From contig JAHLWZ010000801.1 in the NCBI GenBank assembly GCA_020536535.1, forward strand, positions 75,095 to 139,094: 64,000 nt of DNA, given 5' to 3'. This DNA is from Pelomyxa schiedti. Lineage: Eukaryota; Protista; Evosea. A model generated the notes under the pieces. It saw only the letters and a program-made list of their open reading frames with translations, did no database searches and was not told the origin of the DNA. The stretch's first letter is position 1. Each line of letters starts with the position of its first letter. Position numbers and translations under genes: made by a program. Of the stretch, positions 36,828-48,640 are shown piece after piece.

Positions 36828-37953
36828 TTAACCCCAGAAAGGACCAGCCTTTTGCATCTTGCGAGTGCATATCTGTTGATAGATAAGAATAATGCTCTGT
36901 AAGTAAAAAGTACCTCAGCAGCAAAGTTCAGAGCCTCTTGTCCAACCAAACCTTTTTGCAACAGTGCTGTAATGAACCTTGGAAGAGTTGATAGAAAATC
37001 AGTATGTAAGGAAAAGCATACGCTGCAGTTACAGTATCACCCCTTCCAGTCCTGCCCTCAAGCTTCCAGGAACCCCATCGAGCTTCAAAGAGAGAGCCAT
37101 CTTTTCGGGAGAGGAACACACCATCTTGATGAGTGGCAAGAATGTCATTGGCACCGGCTTGATGGAGAAGCCTACAAGCACTGGGGAGGTCAGCAGAGCC
37201 AGTTAACAGCTCGCCCTAAAGAATGTCACGTGTAACGTAATTTTTGGCCTAATACTTCTAGTGAGTCTATTTTGAATAGATCTATGTAAGGGAGCCATTG
37301 TTCCATATGTTGCCAAGGGTGTCGCACCATCACAGTATCTTCGACGCACCTCACGAATCCCTATTAAAAAGTAAGAAACATAATTAATAATGAATTCGTA
37401 CTTGAGCATCAGCAGCCAGAAATGGCGTCTTCTTCTTGAGGAGTGGGAGGAGTAACTCGGGACAAGCACCTACATCCTGCGATCAGGGAGAATCATTGTA
37501 TACTGAGAAGTCACCTTTATACAGTGGGTTCAACATAATACAAGGACAATTTGGCAGCGATGTAATGTCCCCCTCAGTAAATGGGTCAGCCAACGTCACA
37601 GCCACAGTCACACGATTGTCGGGATTTCCTGTCGGGAAAGCGTGCTCGCATTGAGTGGACTCCACAGACGGTAAGTAAGTCACTTTCACTCCTGCAAGCA
37701 AAGGTTTAGGAAAATCAGCAGATGGACGCGCGAGCCAACCAGCTCTTGCAAAGTCGGCCGTGTACAGCGGAACATCCTTAGCGGCGCACTTTGTGACAAC
37801 TGACACATTTGACATCCCGCACGAGCTGCAAGCAATGCCGCCGTAATAAACGCCCCCACCAGCCACAAAGATCGGAGATCCGTCGCCGCGTGTGCCTATT
37901 TTGTCACGAGCCGTATCGCCAACAAACAACACAGAAGGAGTAGTCGCAGCCAT
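36828..37953 (-). CDS. PfkB/ribokinase-family carbohydrate kinase, bacterial-like
   Basis: VLFVGDTARD, AGGGVYYGGIA, (DAQ)GFVR, WLPYIDLFK, anion-hole GRTGRGDTVTAAY, C-terminal KMQKAGPF. Several introns. Confidence 0.82.
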
Positions 37954-38106
37954 GTCCGATGACGGATTGTTCACGAGACGTTCAACAGCACGAAAGAGAT
38001 CCTGTCTCCAAGGAAATGAAAAGGTGATGAAATCGGGGGGGTGCTGTCATTTGGGAACACATTTTTGAAGATTATTATTAACAAGGGGAAAACTGCTGGG
38101 GAAAAG

Positions 38107-40261
38107 CTAAAAGCTTCGTTCTTTTTTCACGTCTATTTTGCGTAGTGACCACGCGGGTGATGCATAAGATGAAGTGGAAGGTGTTGACTTGTCTTCTGTG
38201 ACCACCAGGCAGGCACAGGCCAATTCTGTGAAATCTAATCTAGCATAAGACTGTCTTGAGAGCAACAGGAAATCCAAGCTCAGAACAGAAAAGAGGAACC
38301 CAAAATTGCCTGGTGTAGGGTCCACAGCAGCGGGAGTTGAACAGGTTCATCAGCCAGTGGTGATCATGTTCTTTTGTTATTGGCATTCTATCTTCGGCTC
38401 CCTTGGGCCATTCAATACCACAGTGGTTCATAAACTCAGGGTAGAGGGCAGTTCCTGCAGGGCCGGCCCAGTCGAAATCTATCACAAGGTACTTCGTTCA
38501 ACAGGGAAGAATGTTGGGCTCCCTCAAGTCTCCATGCACATAACCATGGCTATGAAAAATCCCCATTGCTTTCAGTAAGGCCACTTCAGCTTGCTTTGAT
38601 GCATTTTCTTTCTAAAAATAAAAAGGTGGAATAGTTTTTACCTCCGAGTTGCTGAGCGCCTTGGTCTCAATGTACTCCATGGTCCGTAAATTTAACGACA
38701 AGGCGAGCTTTTGTGGTAGCTTCCTGTGCCAGGAAAACAGGCTTTTGACTATTTGGGGCCAGGCGGTTCAAATATCGAACAGTGAACTGATGGAAGTGAG
38801 TGAGGAGCGGGAATCAAAGTGCACTTGGTTTATGTGAAAACAAGATTTTAAAGGAAGTGAGATACGGCCAACGTAGTTCATCCCCAGGACCAGGTACCGG
38901 TGGCACAGTCAAGCCTCTATAATGCTTCTGCAAATTCGATACACATGTGCGTATTCTCGAAAACACTCGAGCAACGTCTTCATTACCTCTCCAGTGGTAA
39001 CTGTTGGTCATGAGAACTGGGGGACAAAGTGGATCAACAAGTACTCGCTCTATTACAGAGTTAGAACTAAATAAGGGAACAGACAAAAGATAACCTTCGC
39101 CAAAACATGCTCCATTGACAAACAGAGAGGAACCAACAACCTCAAGTAGCAAACATGGACAGCAGGACAAACACAAAAGGTTGGGCATAAGACTCTGGGT
39201 GTAGTAAGCTGCAACCTCGAATAAACTTTCTTTTCACCCCCTATTCGATTGAAACTCAGCAAGTTAAGACACCGTGGTAGTTATGTAATACCTTCACCCT
39301 TCTGGTTTTTTGTTGTTTGAAGTAATATCGGAACAGTAGAGCCATCTTGGAGTTGGGCGTTCACTAGAAGGCTGTGATAGCGTCACGCCTGGCCCTAAAA
39401 GCACGGACATCTGGTTATTAAAACAATCCCGGCGTTGTCCCTCATAACCATAGAGATCAGACATGCATACAATCATATCTCGTGCAAAACGGAAATCTGA
39501 AAAGGGACAGTGATTAGGTCACTGATTGGGGGAAGGGGGAAGGGCCATGCCACGTGAGCCAAGATTCACATTTGAGTCCACAAAACAATCAAATACATCT
39601 GTGTAGAGGTGAACACTCACATCAAGATTGGTATCCGGATAATGGGTGATAAGACTTGGCGCTGTACAGTGTGACTTGGAGAAGCCAGAAGGAGGCCAGG
39701 TGTGAGTTTTGATGGGTTTCAGAATCTCCTCGATATATTGCATGTATCGATGCGATGGCTTGCGATCTTCCGAGTTTTCTTTGCCCTTTGTGTCGGCAGC
39801 TGCGAGCTTCTGTTGAAGATCTGTACTGTGCGCCTGAAGCTCACTACATTGCGACTGAAGCTCACTATAGTGCGACTGAAGCTCATCTACTTTCCGCCTC
39901 AACTCCTGTTCAGTAATCGCGGCAGTCAATGTCGACACGATGGCAGCGCTCACTGGGGTTCCCTTTTGATTTGTTGCTGTTGCTGCCGCGGTTGTCGTTG
40001 CCGCCCGACGCTTTGCTGCTTTTTCTACCTGTCTCCTTTGTTGCACACGCATCGTCGCTGTCCTTGTCGCTGGTGGGATGCGCGGCTGTGGGGACGAGCA
40101 GCTCTCGGCCGAAGACTCGATAGTTGCAGGAGGATGGGGATGTGTAGCGGGCGCAGCAGTGGCAGGCCCGCCCCGCCACGGCCCCTGGCTCCGCCATTCG
40201 TAGTCGTCGTCGAAGCGGCTGTGCTTGTGCCTCTACGCGCAGCGCTCCTCTTCTTTGTCAT
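38107..40261 (-). pseudogene. Crinkler-type (CR-kinase-like) protein kinase, disrupted
   Basis: GC-rich first exon and coiled coil; CCPCLLLEVVG...VIERVLVDPL upstream region; kinase HGDLREPNIL, VIDFDWAG, YPEFMN...IEWP...ITKEHD. In-frame TGA at 38498-38500 between the catalytic loop and DFD. VVKF is followed, after a frame change, directly by MEYI, so subdomains III-IV are missing. Confidence 0.7.
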
Positions 40262-40905
40262 GCGGTGAGAACTTTTTTCTCGGTGAAGGGTGACCAACTA
40301 CATTCACAGAACCAGGGAGTTCATGCTCAACAAGACACCAGCCAACCGACCCACCTTATGAGCTCCCTGTGTATCGGGTACCTCGTCATTACAAAGATGT
40401 GTATGAGCAAAGATAACACAGAAAAACAACATCGTTGTTCTGCCCGCAACGACCCTCACCCAGGCCACGCCTCTTACAGAACCAAAAGCAGGTTGAATGG
40501 GTACTTTCCCAACAAGCTGGATCTGGAATATAAACGTTCGAAACATCAAAAATGTCGAATTGTGCATTCTAGGATCATAATAATAACCCTCGCTCGGATT
40601 CTGTGCGTTATCGTGAAACCGTTACAATTTCATTTATTAAATTAAAATTGGTTTTCAATTTGCCACTCTCCCCTCGCTTTCGAACAAGAACGAAGGCCTT
40701 CGACGTTGTCGGTCTTTCGAACAACTGAGGTTGGTTTACGTTCCTCGAACCGACGCGGTTTCGCGTTTTTTCTCCCTTTCGTTATTAAGTTCACGATGTC
40801 GTTTTTTATGGTAGGTTTTCCTATGCGTTTTTTTTTTACCTCTTAACTAAGCTTAGCTTGGTTTTTTTTTTTCTGATTGCATTACAGCAACACCAGTAGA
40901 ACACG

Positions 40906-42081
40906 ATGTCAGGGGTTGTTAATGGCTCTTCGGTGATGCGCTGTGGGCCACTTTCCGTCCCACGGAAGCGCTTCCCGGAGGAGCTGGATTCTCTAAGTGA
41001 AGAGGAAGTAGATGATGAAGAAGAGGATGAGGATGCTCCTCAAGGAGAGACCGAGGACGAGGAGTACCACCCCCACCATATCTTATTTTCCCTCACATCT
41101 TCGTCTTGAATGCCATTTCACCCTCATTCACTATTACACAGTGACCTTACCGATGCTGCCGTATTACTCTTAAAGCTGTCTCAAAGTCCCACCGCACCAG
41201 CTACCTTACATACCCCTGTACCTCACCCCCCAATGCCAGCTCCAAAGCCTAAGCGCCAACGCACTAGCCCCGAGCAGTTAGACCTGCTAGAAATGATGTT
41301 TCAAACAAATACCATGCCAAACCAACAGACACGGCTTCACCTTGCTGCAGAGTTGGGAATGTCCACGCGCAGGATACAGATATGGTTTCAAAACAAACGC
41401 GCAAAGGTGCGACGTACATCAATGAGACAAGACGTTGTGGTACCAAAACCCCTGCAACCACCTCTACCAGTGCAACAGCTCCCGACCACAACCAGTCAGC
41501 AGAGTGGTATTCAACAAACATTACAGAAGCACCAACAGAAGTGTGTGGGTGCACCCACATCACCACTGTTGTCACCAACTGTGCTATCCGGCACACCAAT
41601 ATCAAATGTGTTTACTACAACACTTCCGCTGAGCTCTTCTGTTACTTCTACTACAGCCTCACATACCGCCGCCATACACACCAAGTCTGGGCTATCCTCT
41701 TCTCCCCCTAACGGGATTGAGGACATCACATCCCCATGTGGTTCTCCACCCTCTACCGCCCGTAATGGCCCAACTCGCAACTTTTCCTCCTCCCTTGCCT
41801 CCATGCTTTCACTTAGCATACCGCCCACCACTGCAAACAACTCCCTCCCCCCCAGTATCACTGTCACCCCACCACCAACTCCCAAACCCTCAGCAGCCGC
41901 AGTAGCAGCAGCCGTTGCCGCCGCGGTAGCAGTTGCAGTGAAACCCCCGCCAACAGCAAGCCCATCCTCCCCTTCCACAAATGCAACAACCCCCAGCTGC
42001 TCTACTCCCGGCACAGCAATATTGCCTTCCTTGGAGCAACAAGGCCTCCTGTCTGTGGGAGGCTCTTTTTTGAGGTACTAG
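40906..42081 (+). CDS. Homeobox transcription factor (Q50 homeodomain)
   Basis: KPKRQRTSPEQLDLLEMMFQTNTMPNQQTRLHLAAELGMSTRRIQIWFQNKRAKVRR; acidic first exon; one short intron near 41062-41140; TAG at 42079-42081. Confidence 0.92.
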
Positions 42082-42205
42082 TAGAAGAAACGAATTTTTT
42101 CCTCCCCTTTCCAAAAGCTCAACCTTGCTTGAACAGCAGCAAGTTTAACTTACTTGCCAAGGTGTTTGATATTTTAATGAATTGATTGAATGATTGGTTG
42201 TACTT

Positions 42206-45200
42206 CTAACTCTTTGTTGAAGAGGGGGTGGGGGAGGCTGATGGTGTTTCCTGCTTTGGCGGAAGGGCCTCAGCTCTCCCACTGACTCCTCCACCAGAGC
42301 TCTTTGCCTTCGTTTCAGCCTCCAGCAGGGCTGACAGCCTGTTTCCGCCTGCTCTCAGCCTGAGCATGTTCAATACAAGGGTTGATACAACTTCGGCTGC
42401 CGATTCTGGGTCTTGACCCCCAGAGTAGATACTGTTGACCACATTGTATTCCCACCCACTGGGTGATGCACCTTTGTTGTGCCGTAATGCTGCATTTCGT
42501 GTTTCTGGATCAGTTATGTGGTAGGCAACATAAGCACTGAGTGCGCGGGAGGCATCAGCGCCGCCTCCGGGGCGTTCGCCTACGAGCATAACCACAACTT
42601 TGGGGTTGAGAATGGCCCCAAGGTCCTCTATCAGCTTCACGCGGGCGTATCGGGCAACTATGAGTTTTCCCAGGCGTGCGCTATGGACTCATTCAGAAAA
42701 CAAAAGCGGACAAATTTAGAGATACCCGGAAGCTTTTAGAGTCTCTTCAAGAATAGGCAACATAATTGGTACATTGTAATGTATGGCTTCGGCACTCAGG
42801 CCGTCAGATATAACAATCTATTGCATCTTGTTAACTTGGTGATGAAGATAGTAAGAGAACCTGAATGTCCATACTCTCTGCAGTTAATTTTGTTCTTGAA
42901 GTGGGATCCAACTTCTGCCCAAGAATGGGATCTCCCAAGTACTTTTCCTTGGAAGGAGCTTGGGTTCCAATAATACGGAACCTGAACAGGTTGGTTCAAG
43001 TGGAAAAAGGGCAATCCATACTCAAAAGCAGAGAGCTTGGCTAAATTTAATTCGGAAAAAACAGCCTCCTTTGCGATTTCCATATCTTTGTATGTGAGGG
43101 GTGACGTTGTGTCTGAGAGATGGTATACTTGCGCGCATAGTTCGTTGAACCTTATTAGCAGGGCAGGGTCCTGCACTTTCAAGCCCCCAAAGCATGTTGG
43201 TGGGCTAGCGAAAACATAAACCCAAGGAAGGAAACGAGGAAGAGAAACCTTCTTTAGCCTCTGGAATTCTTCTTCATTTTCACAGAAGATTCTTGGGTTC
43301 CCCCAGTTGGGACCACGCTTGATTAGACCATCCTTTTCCACAAATATGCCTCGTTTGATACCCCATTTTGCAAACTCTGCTGCCGGTTGCAGTGCATGCA
43401 CCTGAAAGTGGGTGTTACATTTAGATTCGTGTGACGACTCAGGTTCGGTTACCTCCCGCAGAGTCTGCACGTTATGGCCACTTGTTGTAAAATAGCCAAG
43501 CATCCTATCAGAATTCTTGAGAGAACAAAGTCAGTTGAAGTTACATTTGTGCTTTGTACTAACCAAGTATACATCCATAAAAAATGCTGTTCCAGCAGCG
43601 GTGCACAACTGTGTAGCCATCTATTGGTAGACATTAGGGTTTACATGAGAATTCAGAACAAGATTACTTGCTGAGCTTCGATAGTAATTTGTGAATGCAA
43701 AGTAAAGCACGGATCCATGCCCATTGGAAGCCCCAGAACTTTGCCACAGAAGTTATCTTGAAGACTAGAAACAATAAGTTGCATGCTGTCCTTATGAGTT
43801 TCTGGGCCAATAAAGCCTGTGAAGCTAAGTTATTTTAAATTTGACCATAAAGGGAGAATATCTCCAAATGACATACCTGTTACGTTATTGACCATAAAGG
43901 GAGAATATCTTCTTGCAAGTCCATACTTCAAAGCCTTTGGTTGTTGATGAACATTGAGTACGAAACAGAAATAGACAAACCTCGCAAGTTGTCATATCAA
44001 TTCCATTGTTTTTTCCATAGGTCATTTCACTGGAGGTGCAAGTAAGCTACAAAGAGACACCCACGCGAATACCTTCCTTGACCTGTCTCAAAATACATGA
44101 AATTCTTTGTTATACCAGTTCTTTTTGCATTTCTCAGCATTGTATAATAAGCACTGTCAAGCAAGTCAACAGTGACATCAAACTCCTCGGATAAAACGCG
44201 ATCTGTCCCTGCAATACTTTGGAACAAGATGTCCAAAGGAGCACCTTTGAAGGTGAATAGTTGTATTGTGCAATAAAACTGGAACCTCGCTCAATGCAAG
44301 CCAATTGTGTACGAACATGTCCTAATGTGCAAATTTGTGTAGGAATATCAAATTTCTCCCGGATTGAATTGAGGCGAGTAAGTACTCGAGACATGCTGTC
44401 AGGTGTGTCAATTGCTGGATTAACTCCAATGAGGCAGTCACCAACTCCCATTGAGAGTCCCACGTATCTAATTATGTCAGTACCCATTTTCCTCACTGCA
44501 ACACTACTGGATAAAGTATGCAGACATAATTGATTTTGTTATAACATTAAAATTCCAGTAGTGAATGGTAGAACATACAAGAAGCAACAAGATAAACACA
44601 CGTTAGGAAGGAAATGCCATCAACATCATCCATTTGGTGATTGGGTTGAAGTCGGGCAGAAAGAGTGCCAGGAACACCTAATGTGGATCTAGCTTTTGAT
44701 GGGAATGATATTCGCTTTGGTACGCAAATCAACTCATGAATATCCATTAACTTAGCAACTGCAGCAATCATGACACCTAGCAAGAGGGGAAAAAAAAGTG
44801 AGGGAGGCTGAAATGGCTTTGAACCTCAACCTGTTAACCCTCGCCCAACTCTCGCAATCTCTGGTGCATCACTGTTCAACAAATCTGGTGTGAACGTTAA
44901 CAAAGAATTCCCTGATTTGGCAGAAGGACTATGAGCTCACGGTCTTTTAGCTGACCCACTGTCATGTTACGAATAGTTGGCCATACATCCATATCAAGAT
45001 CGTAGTTCACACGCATAACAGAGTCAACTTGGCCTCTTTCATCCAGTAGTGGGTGATCATATCTAGATACAGGGAGAGCAATTGAGAACCAAAAGGAAAA
45101 GAAAAAAAAAAAACCGCGATGCCGGTGGTGTGGGAGTGTGGGCTACATGTGCTGAAGAGTGAGGCCGCTCAGTGCCTGCCTCGCTGCCTCTCGTCCCACA

Positions 45201-45558
45201 TGTGTGACAATGACGAGGCCTTGATCGCCCGACTTGGCAAAGTCGGCAGCAGCAAGAAGTTGCTTCAGACCGTCGAAGTTGTAAGTGTGTCCAAACAGTT
45301 CAAAGGAGTATCTCTCGTCAGGCTGTGGTGGGGGCACATAAATTCTATCGAGCTCTTTCAGCCTCTGTTAATAATAGATTCGGAGGGGGAAAAGTCAATA
45401 CAACATTACATGTGTTACTGGTTGCCAAATTAAAAAAAAAAAGAAATCACCAAATGCAGAGTGGTTTCAACGGCGGAGACAGGCCTGGAGGCAGCATGAT
45501 CTACAGTCGGAGGCACGACTGTGACAACTGTCGAGGTTGTTTTTGCTTCGGAAGTCAT
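42206..45558 (-). CDS. eutBC: Fused ethanolamine ammonia-lyase large + small subunit (EutB-EutC), adenosylcobalamin-dependent, intron-containing
   Basis: EutB: LKQLLAAADFAKSGD, REAARQALSGLTL, SARLQPNH, GVGDCLIGVNPAID, PTQICTLGHV, FQSIAGT, FMYFETGQG, GLARRYSPFMVNNVTGFIGPE, LQDNFCGKVLGLPMGMDPCFT, MLGYFTTSGH. EutC: KVVVMLVGERPGGGADASRALSAYV...YNVVNSIYSGG. About ten or more GT-AG introns; N-terminal exon from ATG 45558 inferred. Confidence 0.92.
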
Positions 45559-45892
45559 GGCCCTACCCCGGTGTTGCAATTAAGTAGAGAGATCAAAGTT
45601 TCTTCCTGCGATTTCGTTCCTCGCTGTTTCTCGAAACCTTCAATTCATCACTTTCTTCGGTTCAGGCCTCAACAGGCAGTTGTGCGTGGCTCGTGGGGGT
45701 TCGAACAGCTCGCTCTGTAATTCGGGAAACTCTCGGTGAGTTGACTCCACAGATCCTCTGTGAGACGATCACTTTTCCCGGATCGAAAAGGGGAACGACT
45801 CCTTTGGAGAAAAAGTTCATTGACTTCTTGATATTTTCCCTCGGTGTTTGGGGAGCGTACAAAAAGACGACGGTGGGTGCGAAGACCGATCA

Positions 45893-47176
45893 ATGTCGAG
45901 TGAAGGCAGTGAGAGTTCCTACATAGATCCAGTTCATACTTTATCCTTCACTTTGCGGATTGTTTCTATCTTCACAATTCTGCTTTGTGGTTGTGCTGGT
46001 GCGTTAAAGTTGGCGTTATTTCTTTCCCTCATTTGGGTTTTCGCAAGGTGTCTCCACGCCGTTGATATTACGAGGATGTACTAAACTCTCCGCTGACCAC
46101 ATGATTTTTATGTTGGGGAAGACGTTTGGCGCTGGCGTCGTTATTGCCACAGCCTTTATTCATATCATGCCATCCGCTCAGGAGTTGTTGGCCGAATGTT
46201 GGCCAGATGTATGCTACCCGAATTCCAAAAGCTACAGCCCATCTTAAAATAACTTCAAGGTAGAATATCCTGTATCCTTGTTGATTTCTATGGTCTCTAT
46301 AATTCTTGTGCTTCTTCTTGAGCAAGCAATCTCTCACGCTTTAAAATCCCTCACCAGTCCTGGAAAGAGAAAAAATGATGATGACTATTATGTTAGTGGC
46401 CTTTCTTCAAATCCGTTCCATTCCCCTCCCCCTAAAGGCTTGAAGGCGGACACTCGCACTACAACACTCAATACACTACATGCACCTTTGTTTCATTCAA
46501 GACAGAATATACAGTATAAACATCTGGTAGAAGAGGGAAATGATGCTACAGCCAACCAGGCCCATGCTCCTGAACATGAACATGAACACGAACATGAACA
46601 CCATGGTCATGAACATGCACTGCTCAGTGTGTTTTACATTACAAGCATAATTTCACCAACTTCGTGCTCAAATCTTGCATAGAACCTGGAGTTACAGTTC
46701 AGGCATATGTTGTGGCTCATGTACTTGAATTTGGAATTGCATTACACAGTATAATCATTGGAATGGCCTTGGGTGCTTCAACCGATGAATCGGACGTACA
46801 AGCACTGCTCATTGCGTTGACATTCCATCAGTTCTTTGAAGGCATAGCCCTGGGTGTAAGTGTCTCTGAAGCACAACTGTCCGTACCAAGACAGCTCTTC
46901 ATGATCACTGTATTCAGCATCACAACGCCATGCGGAATAGCCCTTGGAATCGGCCTTTCACTCATCAACGAAGCGGACTCTTATCAGTCTCTTCTCACCC
47001 AAGGACTTCTAGACAGTGTGAGTTGTGGAATTTTAATCTTTATGTCCCTAGTGGACATGGTGGCTGAAGACTTTCACAAAGAAATTCTGGATAAAAAGCC
47101 ACTACTACGATACTGGCTTTTATTGGCCATGTCATTGGGTGCTGCAGCCATGGCTGTAATTGGGTTGTGGGCCTAA
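45893..47176 (+). CDS. ZIP-family (Zrt/Irt-like) divalent metal transporter
   Basis: GKTFGAGVVIATAFIHIMPSA, His-rich loop HEHEHEHEHHGHEH, signature VLEFGIALHSIIIGMALG and ALTFHQFFEGIALG; TAA at 47174-47176. Confidence 0.93.
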
Positions 47177-47280
47177 ATCTAATAAAAAAGTATTTTTGCC
47201 AATGTTTAAAAAAAAAATCCTCTTTCTTTTTGTTGCCAACAAGCACAAAACGAGGGACTGTGTTCCTCCTTGGTGGCAGT

Positions 47281-48406
47281 TTAAGTTTTCTTCAACAACC
47301 TTTTCCGTTCCTTGAGGTCAACTGGTCCACATGTGTCAGGGACTCCAGTATGCCAAGTTTTTTTCTCTGGGTTGTGTGTGGCCTTCCATGTTGGGTAGTT
47401 GAGGCAAGCTTTGTGGAGTGTGTCAATGATGGACGGTGCGATCATGCGAGTGCATTGGTTCACGAGGAAAACTGGTACAGCTCTACACTTGAATGTGGGA
47501 GAAAATCAAATTTGAGTAGGCTGTACCCGTTCCAGTCGTTTTGGGCTATATAGTTCAGGGAAACCCCGGCACCTTTCTTTTTGATTTGGTATCCAGAAAG
47601 CAAACTTCTGGCCCTGGTTTCTAGTTAATTCCATAAAAAAAAGGTCCAACTGTTTACCGGACACGATCTGTATTTCAAGGTTAGTTTAGTAACAAATTGA
47701 TGGCGAGAAGACCTTTCGTTTCTGGCCAGTCAGGGTGTGCAACTGACCGGCTGTACATGATGGATTCTTCGGCGTTGAATGGTCCCCAAAGATACTGTAC
47801 CGTATGTCAAAGGTGTGATATGAAATAGAAGAGATACCAGGAGAACCCAGTCTCGAGGACGTAAAGGATTCGGCATCTATCAAAATTTACAGGAAGAATG
47901 CATTTAGTGTCGTGTACCTTAGCGGCATAATAGCAGTACTCTACGTAAGGGCACGGGTTAGCAATTGACTGAGACCTGGTGCGGTGCTCGTCCCATTCCT
48001 TGGTATTTTGTGAGGTTTAGCACAAGATAGTATGTTCAAGGTGTACCCAGCCAAAGGCAGTATCGAGAACGACGTCATACATAACTTCAGGAGGTACGTC
48101 CTCGAACTCCGCATAAAGTTTGAGCTGTAGAACTTCGGAATCGGGTGTCTTTGTACATGCATGTTAGGGAGGAAGCGAAAAAGGAGAAAAAGGAAAAGGG
48201 GAGAGAAAGGGTACCTTTTTCGTCCACACGGACAGGTTGTACTTGGCTTCTTTGTTTTGTAACTCCCAACCAGTTGAGTCACCGCAAATCGCTCTGAAAT
48301 CGTTCAACTCCTCCGTCGTCACGGAGTGAGATCTCAGCCCCGGTGTGCCGCTCGCCGACGCGCTCGCCGTTGTTGTACTACTAGATGTTGTGGATGTTGC
48401 CGCCAT
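47281..48406 (-). CDS. START-domain lipid transfer protein (PCTP/STARD10-like)
   Basis: GWELQNKEAKYNLSVWTKK, EWDEHR, EYCYYAAK, C-terminal helix MIAPSIIDTLHKACLNYPTWKATHNPEKK; multi-exon. Confidence 0.75.
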
Positions 48407-48640
48407 GCAGAACTAGTATCAATAGATCAGACCTTACACCCTCTTTATGATCTCTCTCGTTACGGTGGGCGTCGCACCCGAGATCGTCGCTGATCGCGAT
48501 GGCTTAGTTTGAAAAAATGACAAACAGAAAAAAAATACAATCCCGTACCCAGAAAATTTGTTTATCGCCTGTCGGCCGACTTCCACTAAAAAAATTCCTT
48601 CTAGAGTTTTTGTTGGATTTTTTTGTTTTTTTTCCCCCTG

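Noticed and set aside
21909-38500. TGA reassignment or readthrough, suggested by in-frame TGAs in the two Crinkler-like genes
   Set aside because: TGA is the apparent natural stop of other genes here (54235, 60184, 62006), and both affected genes carry independent lesions. Pseudogenisation is simpler.
42796-43503. Separate gene nested in eutBC (235-aa ORF in the track)
   Set aside because: It is the EutB C-terminus and linker exons of the fused enzyme, read through short introns.
36828-45558. Bacterial contamination or an intact bacterial operon
   Set aside because: The bacterial-type genes contain spliceosomal introns and are interspersed with typical eukaryotic genes.
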